Source of the DNA: Clostridiaceae bacterium
GTDB taxonomy: Bacteria > Bacillota > Clostridia > DSM-8532
Assembly (NCBI GenBank): GCA_012840245.1
Contig: DULR01000075.1
Span: 18,701 to 82,700, forward strand
DNA length: 64,000 bases
Reading direction: 5' to 3'
The notes below the pieces were generated by a model. It was not told the DNA's origin and searched no databases. It saw nothing but the letters and a program-made list of their open reading frames with translations. Shown in pieces: positions 9,358-18,240 of the stretch; the first letter of the stretch is position 1; the number at the start of each line of letters is the position of its first letter. A program made the translations under genes and the position numbers.

Positions 9358-9417
9358 TTGGAAAGGATCCTTTGGATTCTTTCGCTAATAAATTTATCAG
9401 CCAAGGAGGTGTTTGAA

Positions 9418-9924
9418 ATGCCCGGCGATTTGCTTGCAGAAAAGCTGATAAAGGCTTTGCAGTATGAATACAGAACATACCTGGAAATATTGAAGATCGC
9501 GGAAAAGAAAACTGATGCCCTGGTTAAGAATGATGCGGTGGAAGTTTCCAAAATCACTGAAGAAGAAAAAGTCATGGCAGAGCAAACAGTCAAGCTCAAT
9601 CAGGTCAGGGAACAGATCCTGAGATCCCTGGCTGAAGCATATGACCAGGATTATAAGACACTTACCATAGAAAAACTGAAACAGATCGTTGAAGAACCAT
9701 ATAAAAATCAGTTGGGTGATTTACAGAAGAAAATGTCGGACCTTCTTGGGAAGCTGAAGACGAGGAACGGTATAAACCAAAAACTTATCGAAAACGCAAT
9801 CAGGTATCTGGATTTCAATATCCAGCTGCTGGCTGGGCCTGAACCAGCGGCGCCGACATACAGTAAGAGCGGAACAGAGGTTTCAGGCAGCAGTAAAAGA
9901 AGTTTGTTGGATGTAAGGTATTAA
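9418..9924 (+). CDS. flgN: FlgN-family flagellar export chaperone (YvyG-like)
   Basis: Helical protein of about 168 aa. AAGGAGG lies 7 nt upstream of the ATG at 9418. Position between flgM and flgK matches B. subtilis. The longer ORF from 9337 has no RBS. Confidence 0.75.
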   Translation: MPGDLLAEKLIKALQYEYRTYLEILKIAEKKTDALVKNDAVEVSKITEEEKVMAEQTVKLNQVREQILRSLAEAYDQDYKTLTIEKLKQIVEEPYKNQLGDLQKKMSDLLGKLKTRNGINQKLIENAIRYLDFNIQLLAGPEPAAPTYSKSGTEVSGSSKRSLLDVRY

Positions 9925-9939
9925 AGCAGGAGGGTTAAG

Positions 9940-11994
9940 ATGTCCATAAGTTTTTTTGGAATGGACATGGCTATATCAGGCCTGTCTGCCAATCAAAAGG
10001 CTCTTGAAGTCACCGGTCATAATGTGGCTAATCTTGGCACTCCGGGTTTTTCCAGACAAAGCGCGGTCATGGTTTCTGCTGCAACAAGAAGATACGGCAA
10101 CTGGTATGTGGAGATGGGAACTGATATACAGCAGATCCGCCAGATCCGCCACACCTTCAGTGACAATATATATCGGTCCGAAAACAATAATCTGGGGTAT
10201 TGGGAAAGCAGGAGCAAGGCTATCGTCGATCTTCAGTCCATACTGGGAGAACCTATCCAGAAGGGTTTCCAGGTTGCCCTGAATAATTTCTGGGATTCCT
10301 TTCAGGAGCTGAGCAAATCTCCGGAAAGCCTGACAGTCCGCGCCCTGGTCAAGCAAAGAGCCGATTCGCTTGCAAATTATCTGAATCAGGTCGGGTCCCA
10401 GATAAACAAACTTCAGACAGATCTGAACACAGAGATAAAAGCCCGCATCGATGAGGTCAATGCAATAACAGAGAAAATTGCAGCCCTCAATGTCAAGATC
10501 ATGAGTGCCGAAGCAGCCGGAAATCTGCCCAACGATTACTATGATCAAAGGAATGAGTTGTGCGACAGGCTGTCGAAGCTCGTGTCTGTAGAAACATGGG
10601 AGACCAGAGACGGCAGTATGGATATACTGGTGGGCGGTTATTTACTTGTGAGCAAGGGAGAGCAAACAAAACTTGTTGCCGCACCCAACGATGATCTTTC
10701 ACATTTTTTCACTCCCATGCTCCAGACCCGCGCAGGAGATATCCCGATCAATGTGGGGCAGGGAATAATAAAAGGTCTGCTTGAAGCAAGAGGTGAAGTA
10801 AGCGGGGCTAAAAACAGCTACGAAAACGGACTTCCAAATACGACCAGCGATATAACCATTGCTGTGGATATTTCCAGTACCGGTGCCGACAATCTTGCAA
10901 AAATCAAAGCCAATATCGCAACATTTGTTGAAGATATAAAGAATAGAGGGCTGGACTACAATTTCAGACTGGTAACGTTCGGTGGTTCAGAGGCAGTCAC
11001 AAACACGTATTTCGGCAAGGATACTGCCGCTTTTCTCGATGCGGTCTCGCTCCTCACCACAGATGCCGGTACCGGCAATAATTTCGAGGATGTTATTGAT
11101 GCAATAGAAAGCAACAATTACCCGGCAGATGTAAACAAATATCTTCTTGTCTTTACCGACGAAAGCATTGACGGAGATGGTACCGTTGCCGACAACGACA
11201 CTGTAACCAGCTATATTAACAGGTTGAATAAAGCAGGGATCACCGTTTCTGTTGCAACCGATCCTGTTTACCACGATGAAGGGGATACCGGAGAAAGCGG
11301 CTGGAACAAGATTGCCGAAAAAACCGGTGGAAAGACATATGATATAGAAAATGCAACGGATCTGAAAGAGTTCATGGTCAAATTGTCTGCCGATATCAAT
11401 TCGGATGTGAATATGAAAATGACGACCATCTCAGAGGATCTGAACATCATCTCCACGGTAAGAAAACAATTGAACGCATTGATCAATATAATGGCGCGCG
11501 AAGTAAACTATCTGCATCTGTCGGGGAAAACATTGAGAGGAGAAGACGGCGGACTGTTCTTTGAGCCAATGGAGCCTACTTTTCCCATAAGCCTTGGCAA
11601 TATCAAGGTAAGCGATGCACTTAAGGATCTGAACAATATAGCGGCTTCAACGACAGATGCAAACGGTGACAATCAAATAGCTCTGGCAATAGCTGGCTTG
11701 AGGAACAAGAATCTCATTACCGGCAATAAAAAGGTTCTGAGCCTTGACACATACTACCAGAACATAATCCTTGAAATAGGGAACAAAGGTTATGAAGCTG
11801 CGAATCTGACAGAAAGCTACCAGCACCTGGTGAATCAGGCTGACGCCAATCGCCAGTCGGTGATGGGAGTTTCCCTCGATGAGGAAATGACCAATATGAT
11901 CAAATACAAATTTGCATATAATGCCAACGCCAGATTTATAGACGTAGTGAACCAGATGCTTGAGACCATCATGTACAGAATGGGCGTACAGTAA
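9940..11994 (+). CDS. flgK: Flagellar hook-associated protein 1 paralog with an inserted vWA domain
   Basis: N-terminus ISGLSANQKALEVTGHNVANLGTPGFSRQ and C-terminus GVSLDEEMTNMIKYKFAYNANARFI are canonical FlgK ends. Residues ~303-487 match a von Willebrand A pattern. Confidence 0.85.
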   Translation: MSISFFGMDMAISGLSANQKALEVTGHNVANLGTPGFSRQSAVMVSAATRRYGNWYVEMGTDIQQIRQIRHTFSDNIYRSENNNLGYWESRSKAIVDLQSILGEPIQKGFQVALNNFWDSFQELSKSPESLTVRALVKQRADSLANYLNQVGSQINKLQTDLNTEIKARIDEVNAITEKIAALNVKIMSAEAAGNLPNDYYDQRNELCDRLSKLVSVETWETRDGSMDILVGGYLLVSKGEQTKLVAAPNDDLSHFFTPMLQTRAGDIPINVGQGIIKGLLEARGEVSGAKNSYENGLPNTTSDITIAVDISSTGADNLAKIKANIATFVEDIKNRGLDYNFRLVTFGGSEAVTNTYFGKDTAAFLDAVSLLTTDAGTGNNFEDVIDAIESNNYPADVNKYLLVFTDESIDGDGTVADNDTVTSYINRLNKAGITVSVATDPVYHDEGDTGESGWNKIAEKTGGKTYDIENATDLKEFMVKLSADINSDVNMKMTTISEDLNIISTVRKQLNALINIMAREVNYLHLSGKTLRGEDGGLFFEPMEPTFPISLGNIKVSDALKDLNNIAASTTDANGDNQIALAIAGLRNKNLITGNKKVLSLDTYYQNIILEIGNKGYEAANLTESYQHLVNQADANRQSVMGVSLDEEMTNMIKYKFAYNANARFIDVVNQMLETIMYRMGVQ

Positions 11995-12009
11995 AGGTAG
12001 GGTGATTCG

Positions 12010-13677
12010 ATGAACAACACTACATATATGGGTATGGAAATAGCGATGCGGGGCCTTTATTCGGCGCAAAGAGGGATGGCCAATGTAGCGCATAATGTGG
12101 ACAATACGAATACCCCCGGATATTCCAGGCAGGTTATAAACCAGACTGCGGCACGCCCCCTTCTTGTAGCCAACAGCGCAGGCATGCTGGGCATGGGGTC
12201 TGATGTTGTAAGCGTGGACAGAATAAGGGATACATACCTGGATGAAAAATACCGGAGCGAAGCTATGTATCTCGGTGAGTGGAGCGTCAAGGCCACCATC
12301 ATCGAAGATATGCAGACCATATACAATGAACCCAGCAACAACGGTTACAATAAAATAATCAGCGAATTCTTCAGCGCACTGCAGACCCTGTCGACAGATC
12401 CGTCAAATCTGTCCACCCGTGCCATGGTAAAGGAGAAAGCTGTGGCTGTCGCAAAATATTTCAACAGTGTCGCCAAGCATTTCGACCTTCTGCAGGATGA
12501 TCTCAATCAGATGGTCAATGCCAAGGTCGAAGAGGTGAACAATCTCGCTGACCAGATCAGGGATCTGAATCTGCAGATCTATAATATAGAAGTCATGGGC
12601 AACAAAGCCAATGACCTGAGAGACAGAAGGGACTATCTCGTGGACAAGCTCTCCAAGCTGGTCAATGTCAGTGCCTACGAAGTCGAAACAGGGTTGAAGC
12701 TGCCGAATGGCGAAAAAGAGACCCGTTTTGTAGTCACAATCAGCGGCAAGGCGCTGGTCGATCATGCCAATGTCGTCCATTTGAAGTGTGAAAGCAGAGA
12801 GCAGAAGCTGAATGCCGAGGATATCGATAATCTTTTTGAGGTATCCTGGGCAGACGGAAACAAGCTCAATCTGAAATCCGGAGAACTCAAGGCATACATC
12901 GACATGCGCGACGGCAATGACGGCATTCCCGGACTCAATGGAGAAGAATCACCGGATTGCAAGGGTATCCCGTATTATCAGAGAAAGATGAACGAGTTCG
13001 TAAGAACCTTAGCCATGGCACTGAATGAAGGGATCATGGACAGCGACGGCGACGGCGTTCTCGATAAAGTACCGGGCCATGTGGATGGATATACCTTAAA
13101 CGGCAGCAGCCCGTCAGGCATCCGATTGTTCACGATGCTCAACGAATATGGAGAGTACATGTCCAGCTCCGATTTTATGGATATGGCTGAGACGATCGGG
13201 CTTAAGGAGGGCATCACCTATGACCCGATGACTGATGAATACGATGCACGTCTGGTGAGGGCATACCAGAACATAACAGCAAGGAACTTTTCGATAAGCT
13301 TCGATGTTGATTTTGACCCGAGCGAGAATATTGCAGCCTCTCTGGAACCAAATCAGACCGGCAATAACGAAAATATAAACAACCTGCTGAAAATGCGCCA
13401 CAATACATATATGTTCATGGAAGGCACACCGGAGGATTTCATCAAGACCGTCGTTTCTTCCATGGGCGTCGACGGCCAGCAGTACGAACAGTATCTGGAC
13501 GTTCAGGAGGGCATTGTCAATCAGTTGGATAACAGGCGGATGTCTATCTCGGGAGTTTCGCTGAATGAGGAAATGACAAATCTGGTGAAATACCAGCAGA
13601 TCTACGGAGCAGCAGCTACCATAATAAAAACCTTCGGTGAGGTGCTGGACATACTGGTCAACCAGCTGGGAGTATAA
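12010..13677 (+). CDS. flgK: Flagellar hook-associated protein 1 (second FlgK paralog, conventional length)
   Basis: N-terminus MRGLYSAQRGMANVAHNVDNTNTPGYSRQ and C-terminus GVSLNEEMTNLVKYQQIYGAAATII. 555 aa. Confidence 0.85.
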   Translation: MNNTTYMGMEIAMRGLYSAQRGMANVAHNVDNTNTPGYSRQVINQTAARPLLVANSAGMLGMGSDVVSVDRIRDTYLDEKYRSEAMYLGEWSVKATIIEDMQTIYNEPSNNGYNKIISEFFSALQTLSTDPSNLSTRAMVKEKAVAVAKYFNSVAKHFDLLQDDLNQMVNAKVEEVNNLADQIRDLNLQIYNIEVMGNKANDLRDRRDYLVDKLSKLVNVSAYEVETGLKLPNGEKETRFVVTISGKALVDHANVVHLKCESREQKLNAEDIDNLFEVSWADGNKLNLKSGELKAYIDMRDGNDGIPGLNGEESPDCKGIPYYQRKMNEFVRTLAMALNEGIMDSDGDGVLDKVPGHVDGYTLNGSSPSGIRLFTMLNEYGEYMSSSDFMDMAETIGLKEGITYDPMTDEYDARLVRAYQNITARNFSISFDVDFDPSENIAASLEPNQTGNNENINNLLKMRHNTYMFMEGTPEDFIKTVVSSMGVDGQQYEQYLDVQEGIVNQLDNRRMSISGVSLNEEMTNLVKYQQIYGAAATIIKTFGEVLDILVNQLGV

Positions 13678-13703
13678 CGAGAATAACGAAAATTACTCCT
13701 TAT

Positions 13704-13728
13704 GTCATTCTGAGCGCAGCGAAGAATC
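13704..13728 (+). repeat. Family A repeat unit
   Basis: gtcattctgagcgcagcgaagaatc in the flgK-flgL spacer. Confidence 0.75.
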
Positions 13729-13797
13729 TTATATGTTATTCACCCGCAGGGAACAGTTGCAGCGTAGTTCCCACATAATCAAAAGGAGCGTGAACAT

Positions 13798-14703
13798 ATG
13801 CGGATAACCAACAATATGCTTATCAATAACATGATGCTGAGCCTTTCGGGAAACTTAAGCAGGACTCAGAAATATCAGACCCAATTGGCTACAGGTAAGA
13901 AAATTAGTCTCCCTTCAGACGATCCTATCGTTGCGTCCAAGGCTCTGAAGCTCAGGACCGACGTTGCAGAAATAGCCCAGTACAAGCGAAATACCGATGA
14001 TGCGACAGCATGGATGGATATAACCGAAGCCACCATGAATCATATGACCGAAGTGATCCATAGGTTGAGGGAGATTACAAACCAGGCAGCCAACGGATCA
14101 AACACTCCCGAAGACATTCTGAAAATAAAAGAGGAAGCTGCCCAGCTAAGGGAACAGATGGTTAATCTTGGCAACGCAACATATGCAGGAAGGTATATCT
14201 TCTCGGGTTATAAAACAGATAAACCGCTTCTGAATGATGACGGGACCTTCAATATAGACATAACCAACAGTGAACAGATAAGATTTGAGATAGGAATCGG
14301 CGACGATATCAATATCAATGTGCCGGGAAGCGATTTGTTCGGATCCTCTCCTGCCGAAGCAGCGGGCAACAAAAGCAGGCTGGTGGATACGTTCGACAGG
14401 GTGATCGACGCGATGGAAAACAATCCGGAGCAACTTTCATCTTTGTTGGGAGATATTGACAACGAGCTCAATAATCTGTTGAGAGTAAGAGCAGGCCTTG
14501 GCGCCAGAATGAACAGGGTGGAACTGACGGCAGGCCGTCTCGATGATGACAATGTGAACTTTACCAAGCTGATGAGCAAGAATGAGGATGTAGATATAGC
14601 CGAAGCCATAATGAACCTGATGAATGAAGAAAATGTCTACAGGGCTTCCCTTGCGACAGGCTCCAGAGTTATTCAGCCGTCCCTGGTTGATTTTTTAAGA
14701 TAA
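13798..14703 (+). CDS. flgL: Flagellar hook-associated protein 3
   Basis: MRITNNML..., flagellin-like N and C termini, 301 aa. Position after flgK. Confidence 0.9.
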   Translation: MRITNNMLINNMMLSLSGNLSRTQKYQTQLATGKKISLPSDDPIVASKALKLRTDVAEIAQYKRNTDDATAWMDITEATMNHMTEVIHRLREITNQAANGSNTPEDILKIKEEAAQLREQMVNLGNATYAGRYIFSGYKTDKPLLNDDGTFNIDITNSEQIRFEIGIGDDININVPGSDLFGSSPAEAAGNKSRLVDTFDRVIDAMENNPEQLSSLLGDIDNELNNLLRVRAGLGARMNRVELTAGRLDDDNVNFTKLMSKNEDVDIAEAIMNLMNEENVYRASLATGSRVIQPSLVDFLR

Positions 14704-14729
14704 GATTAATATAACCGGAGGTTATTGTT

Positions 14730-15167
14730 ATGCAGCTTAATACAGTACATTTTGGTGAAATCGAATACAGTGAAGATGAAGTGATATATTTTCCCGAAGG
14801 TATTCCCGGGTTTGAAGATACTAAAAAATATATACTGATCGGGAATGATTCAGGTGATGCGGTTTTCTTCTGGCTTCAGAGCGTCGATGCTCCCGAGTTG
14901 TGTTTTGTAGTGACAGATCCGTTTATGATATATGACGGATACGGGGTCGATGTGGAAGACGAAGATGTTGAACTTCTTGAAATCACCGATCCCAATAAAG
15001 TCCTGACCTTGACAATCGTTATTATTCCTGAGAATATTAATGAGATAAGAGTCAATCTGAAAGCTCCCATACTTATCAACGTCGAAAAGAAGCTTGGGAA
15101 GCAGGTAATACAAAAGAATGACAACTTCCCGGTCAGGTATTATCTCAATAAAAGCAACCAGGTATAA
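14730..15167 (+). CDS. fliW: Flagellar assembly factor FliW
   Basis: FPEGIPGFED and ...NLKAPILIN motifs. 145 aa. Immediately upstream of csrA. Confidence 0.95.
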   Translation: MQLNTVHFGEIEYSEDEVIYFPEGIPGFEDTKKYILIGNDSGDAVFFWLQSVDAPELCFVVTDPFMIYDGYGVDVEDEDVELLEITDPNKVLTLTIVIIPENINEIRVNLKAPILINVEKKLGKQVIQKNDNFPVRYYLNKSNQV

Positions 15168-15201
15168 ACTCCTGCCGGTTAATTGAAAGAGGAGGGATTC
15201 A

Positions 15202-15450
15202 ATGCTCGTACTGACCAGAAAAAAAGGACAGGCTCTCATGATCGGTCATGATATAGAATTGTCGATAATTGATATACAGGGCGATCAGGTCCGTATTGGA
15301 ATAAACGCGCCCAAAAATATAACCATTCATCGTAAAGAAATATATGAGGAGATCCGGAAGGAAAACCTCTCAGCCATTGCCGGCAAAAATACAGATATCC
15401 AGGTGCTTAACGAGAAGTTTAAAAAGAAGGCAGACAGCGCTTCTTCCTGA
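15202..15450 (+). CDS. csrA: Carbon storage regulator CsrA
   Basis: [15 protein letters not shown]...[19 protein letters not shown]. Confidence 0.95.
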   Translation: MLVLTRKKGQALMIGHDIELSIIDIQGDQVRIGINAPKNITIHRKEIYEEIRKENLSAIAGKNTDIQVLNEKFKKKADSASS

Positions 15451-15519
15451 TCGAACAGTCATTCTGGAATATCTGTGCTAGACTATTTACATCGGATAAA
15501 TGTGAAAAAGCATAAACAG

Positions 15520-15550
15520 AAAGCTTCGGGAAACTGAGGCTTTTTTTATT
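15520..15550 (+). terminator. Weak intrinsic terminator after csrA
   Basis: Short stem (AAAGCTTC/GAGGCTTT with a wobble pair) followed by T7. Confidence 0.45.
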
Positions 15551-15567
15551 TGGAATAAACTACAGGT

Positions 15568-15594
15568 TAAGAAATTCGCTGAGAATACCGATAA
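15568..15594 (+). promoter_or_regulatory. Candidate sigma-D promoter in front of the modification island
   Basis: TAAG-N15-ACCGATAA, about 50 nt upstream of the first island gene. Confidence 0.6.
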
Positions 15595-15642
15595 ATATTA
15601 AAAGAGGTTTTTTCTTTTTTAATAAACCAGGAAGTGAAGACT

Positions 15643-18177
15643 ATGCGCAAATATCATAAGAAACAACTGCTGGATCTGGTACAGACAATCAAAGAAGCAA
15701 ATATCATGATAGAACGGTTTATAAGGAATGAAAACTATGAAAGCGCTACAGGGCTTTTGATAGATTGTCATGAGGCTGCAGTCAATATCGGCAAACGTAT
15801 AGAAGAACTTGAAGGAGAAGGAACTATAACTGTCACATACCTTGAAGAGTATTGTGACCTTTTATATCAGACCGGTTTGGCGGTCAACGAGAACAAAAAT
15901 CTGAAAAAAGAACTGGTTCTGCTTCATAATCAGATCATCAAAATAGAGGACAGCCTGATAAACGACATAAAAGCGGACAAGCTTGAAGTCGTATTTCTTC
16001 CCTATAAAGCATCCATGTGGGATTCTCTTGAATCGATATATCTGGTAGCAAAAAATGATCCTCAGTGTGACGTATATTGTGTGCCGATACCGTATTATGA
16101 ACTGACGCCCGACAGAAAGCTCGGCCAAATGTATTATGAGGGTGCTGATTATTACGATAGCAGTATTGAAGTAACCAACTGGAAGGAATATGACATCGAA
16201 GCACGCCATCCTGATATGATTTTCATTCATTATCCATATGATGATATGGCAGTCAATGCGACAGTTCATCCCGATTTTTACAGTAAAAAACTTAGGCAGT
16301 GCTGCGATTGTCTGGCGTATGTGCCGTACTTTGTGGTTTCCGGCAATACGGTTGCAGAGTACAATGCTTGTTTGCCCGGAGTTTTATATGCTGACTGTGT
16401 GTTTGTCCAGTCAGAGCAAATCAGGCAGTCTTATATCCAGCATTATAACAATTTCGCAAGGGAAAACAAAATGGAACAGGTATGCGGCAGGGGAGAAGAC
16501 AAATTTAAAGCGTTTGGCTCACCCAAATTTGACAAGATTATAAACGATAGAGATGCTCACTATGAATTGCCTGATAACTGGAAAAGGCTTGTTTATAGGG
16601 GCAACGGAGAAAAGAAAAAGATAGTCCTTTACAATACTCATATGTTTGCATGGATAAATGGCGGAGAACAGTATTTCCGTAAAATGCAGATCATATTTGA
16701 AACATTTAGAGACCGTGAAGACGCTGTTTTATGGTGGCGTCCCCATCCAAACACCGAACTTAATTTCCGCACGTTCCGTCCAGACTTGCTTGGGAAATAC
16801 ATGAAAACTGTTGAAAGCTATAAAAACGGAGGCTGGGGCATTTATGATGATACGCCGGACCTGCACAGAGCGATTGCTTTCAGCGATGTGTATTATGGTG
16901 ATGGATCCAGCCTGGTTGAGTTATTCAAGGCAGGGGGAAAGCCAGTATATTATCAGGACATCGATTTTCCGGAACTGCTCGATAATTTAAGGTTCTATGT
17001 AACTAACATATTTGAGACAGGCAATAGCTTATATGCTTTAACATTCAACGGGTACATGTTCAGGTTGGAAGACAATTCATTTAAGTATGAAAGTAAAATT
17101 CCGGCAAGCTATGGATATTCATCAGGCTGGAATTACTATTCGCAGGTCACCGAAGACGACAATATATTCTTTATTCCGCACAACGAGAAGCATATCGCCG
17201 TTTACAATGTAAAAACAAAAGACTGCAGAATGTATGCCCTTGATCTGGACGATGAATATCGGATAACTTTTGCAGGTGGGGACAAGAACTTTTTAGAAGG
17301 GATCCTGTATAAAAACAAGTTATTTCTTGTTCCATGGGGTTATCGCAATATAGTAGCGTTCAATACCAATACGAAAGAAACTGAGCATTGCCTGGATCTG
17401 CGACAGGTGTTTGGAGAGAAAACCAATGCCTTGAGTTATGGCTATGCCTGGCTGAATGAAAGCACAGTTTTGCTGGCAAGCATGCATTCAAACGAGGTGC
17501 TTGAGTTCAACCTCGACACTTATGAATATAAGATCCACAGGATAGGACGAGAAGACCAGTCATTCCATATGATATTCAGGTATGGCGATAATTTTTTCCT
17601 GGTAGGCAGACAGCCATTTATGCTCAGATGGAACTATGAAACCGGAGATACCCATATATACGATAAATTGCCTGCTGATTTCGAGTTAGCGAGAAAACTG
17701 GACTGGGTATTCTATGTAAGAAATATGAAACCGTATGGGAACAAGCTGGTACTGCCCGGCGGATATACAAACATGGTGCTGTTGTTTGATCTTGATACCT
17801 GCCAGTTTGAAAAACTCGATGTTTTTGACAAGCTACTGAAAAGCGTACCGGTAACCGGCAGAAATAAGGATGAACCTTTCGTTACCGGTATCCACATGTC
17901 GGGCAGTTTCATGTACTTTGTTCATAAAAATGAAATCCTGTACAGATATGATTTTGATACTCAAACTATAGAAGAGGTTTGCAGCATTATGCCATTTTTT
18001 TCAGATGAACAGCTGGATAAGCTAAATGGAAGTTTTATCAGAAATATGCTGGAAGGAGAGAACTCACAGGTTATGCCAGAACGTTTTAATAAACTGTATG
18101 ACGGCAAGGCCGGTGAAAGAATTTATAGTTATATAAAGACCAGGCTTTTTCAGAAGCCTGCAGCAGATGTGTATTGA
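15643..18177 (+). CDS. TagF-like (CDP-glycerol glycerophosphotransferase family) enzyme fused to a C-terminal 7-repeat beta-propeller-like domain
   Basis: VFLPYKASMWDSLESI, VLYNTH..., WWRPHPN and DVYYGDGSSLVELF..GGKPV resemble TagF-family GT-B motifs. The C-terminal ~330 aa contains seven ~45-aa repeats. ATG 15643 has a better RBS spacing than GTG 15634. Confidence 0.7.
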   Translation: MRKYHKKQLLDLVQTIKEANIMIERFIRNENYESATGLLIDCHEAAVNIGKRIEELEGEGTITVTYLEEYCDLLYQTGLAVNENKNLKKELVLLHNQIIKIEDSLINDIKADKLEVVFLPYKASMWDSLESIYLVAKNDPQCDVYCVPIPYYELTPDRKLGQMYYEGADYYDSSIEVTNWKEYDIEARHPDMIFIHYPYDDMAVNATVHPDFYSKKLRQCCDCLAYVPYFVVSGNTVAEYNACLPGVLYADCVFVQSEQIRQSYIQHYNNFARENKMEQVCGRGEDKFKAFGSPKFDKIINDRDAHYELPDNWKRLVYRGNGEKKKIVLYNTHMFAWINGGEQYFRKMQIIFETFRDREDAVLWWRPHPNTELNFRTFRPDLLGKYMKTVESYKNGGWGIYDDTPDLHRAIAFSDVYYGDGSSLVELFKAGGKPVYYQDIDFPELLDNLRFYVTNIFETGNSLYALTFNGYMFRLEDNSFKYESKIPASYGYSSGWNYYSQVTEDDNIFFIPHNEKHIAVYNVKTKDCRMYALDLDDEYRITFAGGDKNFLEGILYKNKLFLVPWGYRNIVAFNTNTKETEHCLDLRQVFGEKTNALSYGYAWLNESTVLLASMHSNEVLEFNLDTYEYKIHRIGREDQSFHMIFRYGDNFFLVGRQPFMLRWNYETGDTHIYDKLPADFELARKLDWVFYVRNMKPYGNKLVLPGGYTNMVLLFDLDTCQFEKLDVFDKLLKSVPVTGRNKDEPFVTGIHMSGSFMYFVHKNEILYRYDFDTQTIEEVCSIMPFFSDEQLDKLNGSFIRNMLEGENSQVMPERFNKLYDGKAGERIYSYIKTRLFQKPAADVY

Positions 18178-18240
18178 AAGATACAGTAGCATTTTTCAGG
18201 ATATGATCCTCCATATATTTGATTTGAAAGAAGGGGTAAT

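Noticed and set aside
9337-9417. Longer flgN ORF starting at 9337 (195 aa).
   Set aside because: The extension runs through the perfect hairpin and the palindrome and has no RBS. ATG 9418 is preceded by AAGGAGG at ideal spacing.
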